IMG/VR virus record: IMGVR_UViG_2534682338_000003
Coordinates: 1-21,334 of that record
Strand: one strand, 5' to 3'
Source: a virus
Taxonomy: Duplodnaviria > Heunggongvirae > Uroviricota > Caudoviricetes
DNA: 21,334 nt
Shown here piece by piece: positions 1-8,067 of the stretch. The position numbers and the translations under genes were made by a program. Each line of letters opens with the position of its first letter. Position 1 is the stretch's first letter. The notes under the pieces were generated by a model that saw nothing but the letters and a program-made list of their open reading frames with translations, made no database searches and had not been told where the DNA came from.

Positions 1-438
1 GGCTGGCTGTATCTGGCAGTGGTCATTGACCTGTGGTCACGTGCCGTTATTGGCTGGTCAATGTCGCCACGCATGACGGCGCAACTGGCCTGCGATGCCC
101 TGCAGATGGCGCTGTGGCGGCGTAAGAGGCCCCGGAACGTTATCGTTCACACGGACCGTGGAGGCCAGTACTGTTCAGCAGATTATCAGGCGCAACTGAA
201 GCGGCATAATCTGCGTGGAAGTATGAGCGCAAAAGGTTGCTGCTACGATAATGCCTGCGTGGAAAGCTTCTTTCATTCGCTGAAAGTGGAATGTATCCAT
301 GGAGAACACTTTATCAGCCGGGAAATAATGCGGGCAACGGTGTTTAATTATATCGAATGTGATTACAATCGGTGGCGGCGGCACAGTTGGTGTGGCGGCC
401 TCAGTCCGGAACAATTTGAAAACAAGAACCTCGCTTAG
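1..438 (+). CDS. insF: IS3 transposase OrfB (DDE integrase core), 5'-truncated by the window edge
   Basis: Translation from base 1 gives [23 protein letters not shown]...[14 protein letters not shown]...[17 protein letters not shown]...[11 protein letters not shown], matching my recollection of the IS3 OrfB C-terminus; the ORF track shows only 19-438 because it starts at the first in-frame GTG. Confidence 0.8.
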
Positions 439-468
439 GCCTGTGTCCATATTACGTGGGTAGGATCA
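1..468 (+). mobile_element. IS3 insertion sequence, 3' portion; the window begins inside the element and its right terminal inverted repeat ends near 468
   Basis: Transposase reading frame is open from base 1; it is followed by GGCCTGTGTCCATATTACGTGGGTAGGATCA at 438-468, which I recognise as the IS3 right end. Confidence 0.8.
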
Positions 469-582
469 GTTCACCTGTACAGCGTTGTGTTAATCATATT
501 TCTGAACCGGATACAGAAATTCCGCCTGGTTTCAGAGGATAAGTGTTGATTTCAGGTCATGAGGTAATTTTAAGGGGGACTT

Positions 583-1038
583 GTGGCAAAAGTTTTTACA
601 CAAGAAGAGCGGGAAAAAATTAAAGGGCAGGTGGTGGAACTCGTGCGCCAGAGCGGTCGTGAGACGTTACGGCAACTGGAAGCTAAAACAGGTGCGACTA
701 GATATCTGATGAGCGTTCTTGCCAGAGAGCTGGTAGCCAGTGGCGATGTATACAACTCCGGCTACGGGTTATTCCCGTCTGAACAGGCGCGTAAGGACTG
801 GCAAAACGCCCGCAAAAAACTCTCGAGGGCAAAGGTGAAGAAACCTGCTGTGGTTGATCCGGACCTTATCTGGTCATTACCTGACGGAGAAATACGTCGC
901 TACGACAGTCGTCTAAACATAATCTGTCGCGAGTGCCGGAAGAGCGAAGTGATGCAACGCATACTGGCGTTTTATCAGGGAAATGTTCAGCATTTTGAAG
1001 TAACGATATTAAAGTGCATTAGTTCAAATGTGAAATGA
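583..1038 (+). CDS. Hypothetical 151-aa protein with a possible N-terminal helix-turn-helix and a C-terminal CxxC
   Basis: ORF-track ORF; GTG start 3 nt after AAGGGGGA (572-579); in-frame TAA at 571-573 bounds it upstream; segment TLRQLEAKTGATRYLMSVLARELVASG looks HTH-like; I do not recognise the family. Confidence 0.5.
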   Translation: MAKVFTQEEREKIKGQVVELVRQSGRETLRQLEAKTGATRYLMSVLARELVASGDVYNSGYGLFPSEQARKDWQNARKKLSRAKVKKPAVVDPDLIWSLPDGEIRRYDSRLNIICRECRKSEVMQRILAFYQGNVQHFEVTILKCISSNVK

Positions 1039-1284
1039 CATTTCTGTTGTATAGGATTAGATTAAAACTGGCATTGTTGCAGCTTTGTACTAGGAGTGAC
1101 CGTTTACACAGACCACGTCCCAGTAGACGCTCTTGACATAATCGTTGAGATGTCCAACTTTCGGAGCTCACCTCATGCCCCAGATGTTTTTTGTTCTCAG
1201 GAGAAAACTATATCGCAGAACTACGAACTAAACTTATGTCATAACTCATGCAAAAAACTCTTCGGCTAAACATTAAAAAAATCT

Positions 1285-1290
1285 TATAAT
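1285..1290 (+). promoter_or_regulatory. Candidate -10 hexamer (TATAAT) upstream of the AIPR gene; no convincing -35
   Basis: Consensus TATAAT at 1285-1290, about 39 nt before the ATG at 1329. Confidence 0.25.
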
Positions 1291-1328
1291 GCGAATCATA
1301 TTTTGTTACATGTTCAGGAGCGCAAAGG

Positions 1329-3104
1329 ATGTCCCAGTACGACAAAGCCACGCAAACAGCAGGTTTAGTACGCATAACTAATCAATTAGAGTCTATATAC
1401 GGAACTTTTATTGATATGAAAGATATTAATTCCGTAGGAGAGCATAGGAAAGAAACTCTAATTACACGCTGTGTAGCTGCGCATGCAATCAGCTTGTATG
1501 GTGATGAACCAGACCCTGAGTTAGCTGCTAATGCTGTCTGCGATGGAAAAGATGATGGCGGGATAGATGCAGTTTATGTTAATAAAAATTCGAGAAAGAT
1601 AGTAATAGTTCAGTCAAAATATATTAAAAATGGCGACGGTTCTATAACCACAAGAGAATTCGGAAGATTCAAAGACGCATGCGCAAAAGTAATAGCCAGC
1701 GACTTTACAACATTTAACGAAAGGTTTTTAAGAAACAAAGACTCCATAATTGAAGCAATCTCAGGATTTACATATAAATGTATATGTGTATTTATATATA
1801 CAGGGGTTCATGAGCCAAGCGAAGAAGTAAAATCAGACATAGAGTTTTGGGAAAAGGTTCAGAATCGGTCTCTATTATTTAAAGATATAGAGAATAGAGA
1901 TGAGTATTCAGTGCTATTCGAGCCGGCAGGTATACAAGTGATAATGGATGGTCTTTCTAATGATCGATCAAAATCTATAAATGTTAGCAATGTTCACCTT
2001 GAAAGTTATGGAGAGATAGCAGAACCTTATAAAGCAATATACGGAACAATATCCGCAAGGATCCTATACGACTGGTGGGAAAAGTACAAGTACTCTCTGT
2101 TCGAGAAAAATATAAGAAGTGTCCTCGGTAATTCATCCATAAACTCTGGGATAAAGAAAACATTAAGTGAAAAGCCGGAGAATTTTTGGTACTATAACAA
2201 TGGGATAACTGCTGTATATAGTGATGTAGAAGAAAGCATGATCAACTTAAGTACAAGCAGGAAGTACGGGCTATTTAGTTTTAAAAGTCTGAGTATAATA
2301 AATGGAGCTCAAACTGTAAGCACTATTGGTGAAGTGTTCAACTCTTTACCCGAAGAAAAAAAAGATCTAATCAAGGTGAGCATTAGATTTATCAGTGCAG
2401 CAAAAGAAGATTTTTTAACCTCTGTCACTAAATTCAACAATACACAAAACAGGGTTACTGGAAGAGATTTCTCATCACAGAGGCCCGAGCAACAAAGAAT
2501 ACAAAGAGAAATAAACTTTATTGGCGGATATAGCTACAAACTACTCAGGCAAGAAGACTCCAGCCAGACAGGTGGTAATACCATTGATATTGATGATGCT
2601 TTAAACGCATTAGTGTGTGCCTCTAAAGATGAAACATTGATATCTTCCTTAAAACTAAATAGAGGACGTTTTTTTGAAAGCTGGGGAGGTCTTTATGAAA
2701 AAGTATTCCCAGCTGAAAATGGTCCTACCGGTTTAGATATAATAAATAAAGTAAATGCTTATAGATTAGCAAATGATATATTGCAAGAAAGTATAGTTAA
2801 ACTACTATCAGTAGATATGGAAAATCAGAAGCAGATTCATCAAATAATGATTCATGGAAATTATGTTTTAATATCCATACTCATGAATAAAATAGAAGTT
2901 TCCTCTGTGGAGAATCACATCTTCTCTTATAGCCGAAACGTTTCACTGGAGGAATGTATAGAGCTGGCTTCTGATACTTATAATCACATACAGGAAGTCT
3001 TCCCCAATAGTTATATAGCAAGATTCTTCCAGAACAGAGAAAAAGTATTAAATATTATTAATCATCTACTAGGTAAAGAGCAGATCATCGAATTGCAAGA
3101 GTAA
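1329..3104 (+). CDS. AIPR-family abortive-infection-type protein (591 aa) with an N-terminal PD-(D/E)xK-like nuclease motif
   Basis: ORF-track ORF; ATG after AGGAGCGCAAAGG; contains IINGAQTVSTIG (the NGxQT motif I associate with the AIPR domain) and upstream GIDAVYV...IVIVQSKY (D...QxK); markedly AT-rich relative to its neighbours. Confidence 0.75.
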   Translation: MSQYDKATQTAGLVRITNQLESIYGTFIDMKDINSVGEHRKETLITRCVAAHAISLYGDEPDPELAANAVCDGKDDGGIDAVYVNKNSRKIVIVQSKYIKNGDGSITTREFGRFKDACAKVIASDFTTFNERFLRNKDSIIEAISGFTYKCICVFIYTGVHEPSEEVKSDIEFWEKVQNRSLLFKDIENRDEYSVLFEPAGIQVIMDGLSNDRSKSINVSNVHLESYGEIAEPYKAIYGTISARILYDWWEKYKYSLFEKNIRSVLGNSSINSGIKKTLSEKPENFWYYNNGITAVYSDVEESMINLSTSRKYGLFSFKSLSIINGAQTVSTIGEVFNSLPEEKKDLIKVSIRFISAAKEDFLTSVTKFNNTQNRVTGRDFSSQRPEQQRIQREINFIGGYSYKLLRQEDSSQTGGNTIDIDDALNALVCASKDETLISSLKLNRGRFFESWGGLYEKVFPAENGPTGLDIINKVNAYRLANDILQESIVKLLSVDMENQKQIHQIMIHGNYVLISILMNKIEVSSVENHIFSYSRNVSLEECIELASDTYNHIQEVFPNSYIARFFQNREKVLNIINHLLGKEQIIELQE

Positions 3105-3108
3105 AAGT

Positions 3109-3132
3109 AAGAGCCACCTGCGGGTGGCTCTT
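3109..3132 (+). terminator. Rho-independent terminator after the AIPR gene
   Basis: AAGAGCCACC-TGCG-GGTGGCTCTT, a perfect 10-bp stem with 4-nt loop beginning 5 nt after the stop codon, followed by a T-rich stretch. Confidence 0.6.
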
Positions 3133-3481
3133 ACTTATTTGACGCTACCATATGCTCGCATTTGCCATAACATATGTTGCGTACGCTCAGAAATACGTGG
3201 AGGGCGTTTCTGGTCTAAAATCGTCAAGACACTCCATCATATATTCAGGAAATTGCTAATAATCGTGTAGGTGAATACTGCTTAAAATTCATATATATGA
3301 AATTGAACCTGTTGGCTTGCGTCGGACTTTGCGTATTAAAAGAAGTGCTGGTGGTGACTAGTGGTTGAGCTCCATTTCCACAGAAAAATCAGAGAAACCA
3401 TACCCAATAGTTGTATTGAATCACGGACGAGACAGCCTCATATTTATCAGGACTGGTGTACGTCCAATACAGGAGGTTGTG

Positions 3482-3571
3482 GTGCTGGTTCTCAAATGTG
3501 CGCTGGCTATTACGGCTGTAATGGCGATTTATTGTCTTGCTATTGTTCTTATGGATCGCCTTTCTGACTGA
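3482..3571 (+). CDS. Candidate 29-aa hydrophobic peptide (possible small membrane protein or type I toxin-like peptide)
   Basis: AGGAGG at 3471-3476, 5 nt before GTG 3482; translation (M)LVLKCALAITAVMAIYCLAIVLMDRLSD is a single predicted transmembrane helix; no homolog recognised. Confidence 0.25.
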   Translation: MLVLKCALAITAVMAIYCLAIVLMDRLSD

Positions 3572-3858
3572 TTTCATATTGGCGAGGTAAAGGTAGTTAA
3601 GTAGAATGGCTGCGGGTGCTTGAGGCTATCTGCCTCGGGCATGAACACCAAAGGCAGATAGAGAAAAGCCCCAGTTAACATTACGCGTCCTGCAAGACGC
3701 TTAACATTAATCTGAGGCCAATTTCATGCTAGACACATGTAGGTTAGCCTCTTACGTGCCGAAAGGCAAGGAGAAGCAGGCTATTGTTAACACCAAGCTG
3801 TAATGTCCCCTTTGAACCATTCTAAAATGTCCCCAGACAATTCTCTGGGGGATTTTTC

Positions 3859-5199
3859 ATGATCAAAGAGACTGTTACGATGAGTCATAAGGAACTCCAC
3901 CGACTTCAGATTATTCAGGAGTCAATTAATCGACATATTACTCAGGAACAAGCTGCGGCACGCATTGGCATTTCTATTCGGCAGGTTAAACGTCTGGTGC
4001 AACGGTATAGAAATGAAGGGCCTTCTGGTCTGGTTTCCCACCGACGTGGAAAGCGTCCTAATAATTCCTTTTCTACTGAATTCAGAGCAACAGTAATTTC
4101 ACTCCTCAAAGGCCGTTACGCTGATTTTGGACCTACGTTTGCGTGCGAAAAATTGCGCGAGATACACGGTTTATCTTTATCCGTTGAAACTCTCAGAAAG
4201 TGGATGATAGAAGAGGGGTTATGGCGTGAACGCCGTCGTAAAATTGCCCGTATATATCAACGCCGCATGCGACGACCATCTTACGGTGAACTGATCCAGA
4301 TTGATGGCTCACCTCATGACTGGTTTGAAAATCGAGGCCCCAGATGTACACTGATCGTTTTCATTGATGATGCCACCAGTGCGTTGATGGCGTTGCGTTT
4401 TGTGCCTGCTGAAACAACCCGGGCTTACATGGAAACCCTCCGGGGTTACCTTAATGATCATGGCGTACCGCTCGCTCTCTACTCTGATAGACACAGTATA
4501 TTCAGGGTAAATAACCCAGAGCGGGAAGGTGAGCTGACCCAGTTCACTCGTGCGATAAAGACACTGGGCATCGAGCCAATCCATGCCAACAGCCCGCAGG
4601 CAAAAGGGCGGGTAGAGCGCGCCAATCAGACACTACAGGACAGGCTGGTCAAAGAAATGCGGCTTCAGAATATCAGTGATATTGAAACAGCAAATGCATG
4701 GTTGCCGACCTTTATTGAAGCCTATAACAACCGGTTCGCTACGTCGCCTCGTACTACTGATAATGCTCATCTTGATGTGCACCATTCTGAAGAGGAACTG
4801 GGTTATATCTTCAGCCTACAGGCGAAGCGCGTTCTGTCTAAAAATCTCACTTTCCAGTACAAAAGCAGTGCGTTTCAGGTACGCAGTGAGAGCCGGGGAT
4901 ATCGACTTAGGCATTCGGTTGTTACTGTATGCGAGAACTTTGACGGTGAAATTAACGTTCTGTATGACGGGAAAGTGCTGGGCTGGGAAAAGTATGTTGA
5001 TGGCCCGGAGCCTATACCACTGGATGATGAAAAGAGTGTCCATGAACGAGTGGATAATGCCCGTATTGATTTACGCTCAAAATACTATGTTAAACCTAAA
5101 GCTGACCATCCCTGGCTTACGCGCCGAACGCAAAGTCATCAGCAAGTTAAGCCCCCGAAGTTACCTAAAAAGAAGCCTGATCCCGATAAAAAAGATTGA
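3859..5199 (+). CDS. DDE transposase, ISNCY/IS481-like (N-terminal HTH plus integrase catalytic core), 446 aa
   Basis: ORF-track ORF; N-terminus HKELHRLQIIQ...ISIRQVKRLVQRY is HTH-like, followed by an rve-type core (LIQIDGS...FIDDATS...SDRHSIF...GRVERANQTLQ); element ends not resolved. Confidence 0.8.
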   Translation: MIKETVTMSHKELHRLQIIQESINRHITQEQAAARIGISIRQVKRLVQRYRNEGPSGLVSHRRGKRPNNSFSTEFRATVISLLKGRYADFGPTFACEKLREIHGLSLSVETLRKWMIEEGLWRERRRKIARIYQRRMRRPSYGELIQIDGSPHDWFENRGPRCTLIVFIDDATSALMALRFVPAETTRAYMETLRGYLNDHGVPLALYSDRHSIFRVNNPEREGELTQFTRAIKTLGIEPIHANSPQAKGRVERANQTLQDRLVKEMRLQNISDIETANAWLPTFIEAYNNRFATSPRTTDNAHLDVHHSEEELGYIFSLQAKRVLSKNLTFQYKSSAFQVRSESRGYRLRHSVVTVCENFDGEINVLYDGKVLGWEKYVDGPEPIPLDDEKSVHERVDNARIDLRSKYYVKPKADHPWLTRRTQSHQQVKPPKLPKKKPDPDKKD

Positions 5200-5635
5200 A
5201 ACCAAGATCGATTCGGTTGAGTGCATATCCATTCATAGGGTAGATTCTTAAGTCGCGTTTCTGGTGTTCATTTTCGGGTGGTTTGTTACTTGTTTTACTG
5301 GGGATATGCCAGAAACGCGCTGAGTCAGTCTGGGCGGTGCGCGTAATGAGGCGTTATGGTAAATAGCCTATGCTAATGTCCGCTAAGAGCAAGAAGCGGA
5401 AGTTGGCAGTTTTGTGGACTGTCCCCACAAAAGTGACTACAGAAATAGTTGCAATTCATAATTGATCATGGGTTGTCAGTTAAACTCGTGGCGATTTAAA
5501 TAGACTAATTGGGAGTGCGTCCATTACTTATATCTTGTAATGTTAACTATCAGAAATGATACAAAGATAATATGTCTTTAAAGAAAAGGCTGATGGCGAA
5601 AAGTGGCCCGATGAGGGCCACAATACGGCTGTCAC

Positions 5636-5968
5636 TTAGACGTAAATATCAATGGTGCCAGCGGTATTTGTATCGTCTTTTTTCTCTTCTTTTTTATCAG
5701 GCTGAACTGTCGCGTCTTCATTCTTTTTCTCTGCCTGCTGCCTTAACAACTGCTCCAGTTGAGCCCTGAGGCTTTCAATTTGCTTCTGTACCAATGCAGC
5801 CATTTCTTTTTTCTGCTGTGTCGTCATCCCCTCTTCCGATGAGATTTTCCCAAGCTTTTCAGTCAGCACCTGAATTTGTCTTGTGATTTTGGCTATTTCT
5901 GATGTTCCTTCCGGGGCGGAGTTGTTTGAAATAACGGTTGAGGTATTTCCCTGAATTGTGACAGACAT
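5636..5968 (-). CDS. flxA: FlxA-like protein (FliA-regulated prophage protein), 110 aa
   Basis: ORF-track ORF beginning MSVTIQGNTSTVISNNSAPEG, matching my recollection of Qin-prophage FlxA; sigma-28-type promoter immediately upstream. Confidence 0.8.
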   Translation of the reverse strand: MSVTIQGNTSTVISNNSAPEGTSEIAKITRQIQVLTEKLGKISSEEGMTTQQKKEMAALVQKQIESLRAQLEQLLRQQAEKKNEDATVQPDKKEEKKDDTNTAGTIDIYV

Positions 5969-5991
5969 AGATTTCTCCTTTTAAAAAAGCA

Positions 5992-6018
5992 CTATCGGCA
6001 TGCACAAAAAAATCTTTA
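5992..6018 (-). promoter_or_regulatory. Sigma-28 (FliA) type promoter for flxA
   Basis: Minus strand reads TAAAGATT-N11-GCCGATAG against consensus TAAAGTTT-N11-GCCGATAA; the -10 element ends about 24 nt upstream of the flxA ATG. Confidence 0.6.
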
Positions 6019-6170
6019 ATCGTATTTCTTGTGTCATTAATTGTTTGATGTTCAGATTGTTTTCCTAGCGGGCTGGCGCGCCTCAGAAAGTAAAGCTTGT
6101 TGACAGGGGTAAACGTTCGGCAATAATTTTCTGCCGCATGCGGGTGTTGCATAAAACGTGCTACGTTCCT

Positions 6171-6476
6171 TTATCGACAGGTCAGGTCACCGCTCACCCG
6201 CCGACGAGAAAGCAACACTGACATGCTAAAGCAAAAAATAGATGAATAAGTTGAGTTGTGCATATGTAGCCTGACCGTCACAAAGTATATGGTGTCTGTA
6301 CCAGTAAGATGATGGCCGGACTCTTTAAAAATGAGCTGACCTGCACAATACAGGATGGACTTAGCAATGGCTGCTCCTGGCACAAAGCGGACAGTGATCA
6401 CCGTTCTTACGACTACTTTCTGACTTCCTTCGTGACTTGCCCTAAGCATGTTGTAGTGCGATACTTGTAATGACAT
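6171..6476 (-). CDS. ydfV: YdfV-like hypothetical ORF (101 aa), doubtful as a coding gene
   Basis: ORF-track ORF in the position and with the length I recall for Qin ydfV between flxA and relB; low-complexity and it runs across the relBE operator. Confidence 0.3.
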   Translation of the reverse strand: MSLQVSHYNMLRASHEGSQKVVVRTVITVRFVPGAAIAKSILYCAGQLIFKESGHHLTGTDTIYFVTVRLHMHNSTYSSIFCFSMSVLLSRRRVSGDLTCR

Positions 6477-6489
6477 TTGTAATTACAAG
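6464..6489 (+). promoter_or_regulatory. relBE operator/promoter inverted repeat
   Basis: CTTGTAATGACATTTGTAATTACAAG immediately upstream of the relB SD (AGAGGTG) and ATG at 6501. Confidence 0.6.
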
Positions 6490-6500
6490 AGGTGTAAGAC

Positions 6501-6740
6501 ATGGGTAGCATTAACCTGCGTATTGACGATGAACTTAAAGCGCGTTCTTACGCCGCGCTTGAAAAAATGGGTGTAACTCCTTCTGAAGCGCTTCGTCTCA
6601 TGCTCGAGTATATCGCTGACAATGAACGCTTGCCGTTCAAACAGACACTCCTGAGTGATGAAGATGCTGAACTTGTGGAGATAGTGAAAGAACGGCTTCG
6701 TAATCCTAAGCCAGTACGTGTGACGCTGGATGAACTCTGA
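6501..6740 (+). CDS. relB: RelB antitoxin (79 aa)
   Basis: ORF-track ORF MGSINLRIDDELKARSYA...KPVRVTLDEL; sits directly upstream of relE. Confidence 0.95.
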   Translation: MGSINLRIDDELKARSYAALEKMGVTPSEALRLMLEYIADNERLPFKQTLLSDEDAELVEIVKERLRNPKPVRVTLDEL

Positions 6741-7027
6741 TGGCGTATTTTCTGGATTTTGACGAGCGGGCACTAAAGGAATGGCGAAAGCTGGGCTCGA
6801 CGGTACGTGAACAGTTGAAAAAGAAGCTGGTTGAAGTACTTGAGTCACCCCGGATTGAAGCAAACAAGCTCCGTGGTATGCCTGATTGTTACAAGATTAA
6901 GCTCCGGTCTTCAGGCTATCGCCTTGTATACCAGGTTATAGACGAGAAAGTTGTCGTTTTCGTGATTTCTGTTGGGAAAAGAGAACGCTCGGAAGTATAT
7001 AGCGAGGCGGTCAAACGCATTCTCTGA
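6740..7027 (+). CDS. relE: RelE mRNA interferase toxin (95 aa)
   Basis: ORF-track ORF MAYFLDFDERALKEWRKLG...; its ATG overlaps the relB stop (TGATG). Confidence 0.95.
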   Translation: MAYFLDFDERALKEWRKLGSTVREQLKKKLVEVLESPRIEANKLRGMPDCYKIKLRSSGYRLVYQVIDEKVVVFVISVGKRERSEVYSEAVKRIL

Positions 7028-7098
7028 ACCAAAGCATGACATCTCTGTTTCGCACCGAAGGTGACACTTCTGCTTTGCGTTGACAGGAGAAGCAGGCT

Positions 7099-7254
7099 AT
7101 GAAGCAGCAAAAGGCGATGTTAATCGCCCTGATCGTCATCTGTTTAACCGTCATAGTGACGGCACTGGTAACGAGGAAAGACCTCTGCGAGGTACGAATC
7201 CGAACCGGCCAGACGGAGGTCGCTGTCTTCACAGCTTACGAACCTGAGGAGTAA
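7099..7254 (+). CDS. hokD: Hok-family membrane toxin HokD/RelF (51 aa)
   Basis: My own translation MKQQKAMLIALIVICLTVIVTALVTRKDLCEVRIRTGQTEVAVFTAYEPEE; below the ORF-track length cut-off; third gene of the relBEF arrangement. Confidence 0.9.
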   Translation: MKQQKAMLIALIVICLTVIVTALVTRKDLCEVRIRTGQTEVAVFTAYEPEE

Positions 7255-7323
7255 GAGACCCGGCGGGGGAGAAATCCCTCGCCACCTCTGATGTGGCAGG
7301 CATCCTCAACGCACCCGCACTTA

Positions 7324-7348
7324 ACCCGCTTCGGCGGGTTTTTGTTTT
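7324..7348 (+). terminator. Rho-independent terminator downstream of hokD
   Basis: ACCCGC-TTCG-GCGGGT hairpin followed by TTTTGTTTT. Confidence 0.6.
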
Positions 7349-7469
7349 ATTTTCAACGCGTTTGAAGTTCTGGACGGTGCCGGAATAGAATCAAAAATAC
7401 TTAAGTAGCGCGCAGGGATAAGAGGGATGGTCCCTTAAAGGGGAGAGCTAATTATCCGGAAGGATTCTG

Positions 7470-7721
7470 ATGATGAACATCGAAGAACTGCGTAAAATTT
7501 TTTGTGAAGATGGCCTCTATGCTGTGTGCGTTGAAAATGGAAATCTTGTTAGTCATTACCGCATTATGTGTTTGCGAAAGAATGGGGCTGCGTTAATTAA
7601 TTTTGTGGATGCTCGGGTCACGGACGGATTTATCTTGCGCGAAGGTGAGTTTGTCACTTCATTACAGGCATTGAAAGAGATCGGAATAAAAGCTGGCTTT
7701 TCTGCTTTTTCAGAAGAATAA
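7470..7721 (+). CDS. rem: Rem protein (83 aa)
   Basis: ORF-track ORF MMNIEELRKIFCEDGLYAVCVENG...; GGAAGG SD upstream; position after hokD as in Qin. Confidence 0.8.
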   Translation: MMNIEELRKIFCEDGLYAVCVENGNLVSHYRIMCLRKNGAALINFVDARVTDGFILREGEFVTSLQALKEIGIKAGFSAFSEE

Positions 7722-7787
7722 ACTCATCTACAATCTTGCGCGGGGCTGAACTCCCGCTGAGTAACACCGTGCCACCGGAGAAAACCG

Positions 7788-8066
7788 ATGGCACGCAACG
7801 CAAAATATTACAATTCTGATAATTCGCCCGTTCTTGCCTGCACGCACGGGCGGTATTCTCACGCATTCAAGTCTGAATGGTTCCAGCACCCTCCATGCAC
7901 TGCAGAACAGGCCGAATGGCTGATTCATTCTTACCGCAGGCGCGGGTTCGAGGTTAAGAAAGCTCTCAGTCTCGACTATCGGCACTGGATAATCTCTGTC
8001 AGGCTGCCTTATTCCGAACGCCCACCACGTGCGTCCCGCACTTTCCAGCAACGGATCTGGAGGTAA
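7788..8066 (+). CDS. Hypothetical 92-aa protein, translationally coupled to ydfU
   Basis: ORF-track ORF; GGAG 7 nt upstream of the ATG; its TAA stop (8064-8066) lies between the ydfU SD and the ydfU GTG start. Confidence 0.5.
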   Translation: MARNAKYYNSDNSPVLACTHGRYSHAFKSEWFQHPPCTAEQAEWLIHSYRRRGFEVKKALSLDYRHWIISVRLPYSERPPRASRTFQQRIWR

Positions 8067-8067
8067 C

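Noticed and set aside
175-450. 91-aa minus-strand ORF
   Set aside because: Lies entirely antisense to the IS3 transposase frame, which is the recognisable gene
3361-3577. Three mutually overlapping ~65-aa ORFs on both strands
   Set aside because: No SD and no recognisable product; only the short GTG-initiated peptide at 3482-3571 has an initiation signal and is reported separately at low confidence
4309-5251. ORFs 4309-4584 (-), 4676-5251 (+) and 4816-5043 (-)
   Set aside because: All lie inside or antisense to the transposase gene in alternative frames
3571-5470. Terminal inverted repeats that would define the ends of the second IS
   Set aside because: I found repeated TGTCCCC motifs but no convincing inverted pair by eye, so the element boundaries are left undefined
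5572-6152. ORFs 5572-5769 (+) and 5859-6152 (-)
   Set aside because: They overlap flxA or its promoter region in other frames and have no initiation signals
6483-7232. Minus-strand ORFs antisense to relB/relE and to hokD; considered as a sok-like antisense element for hokD
   Set aside because: No promoter or terminator was seen for an antisense RNA and the protein ORFs are low-complexity; not supportable from sequence alone
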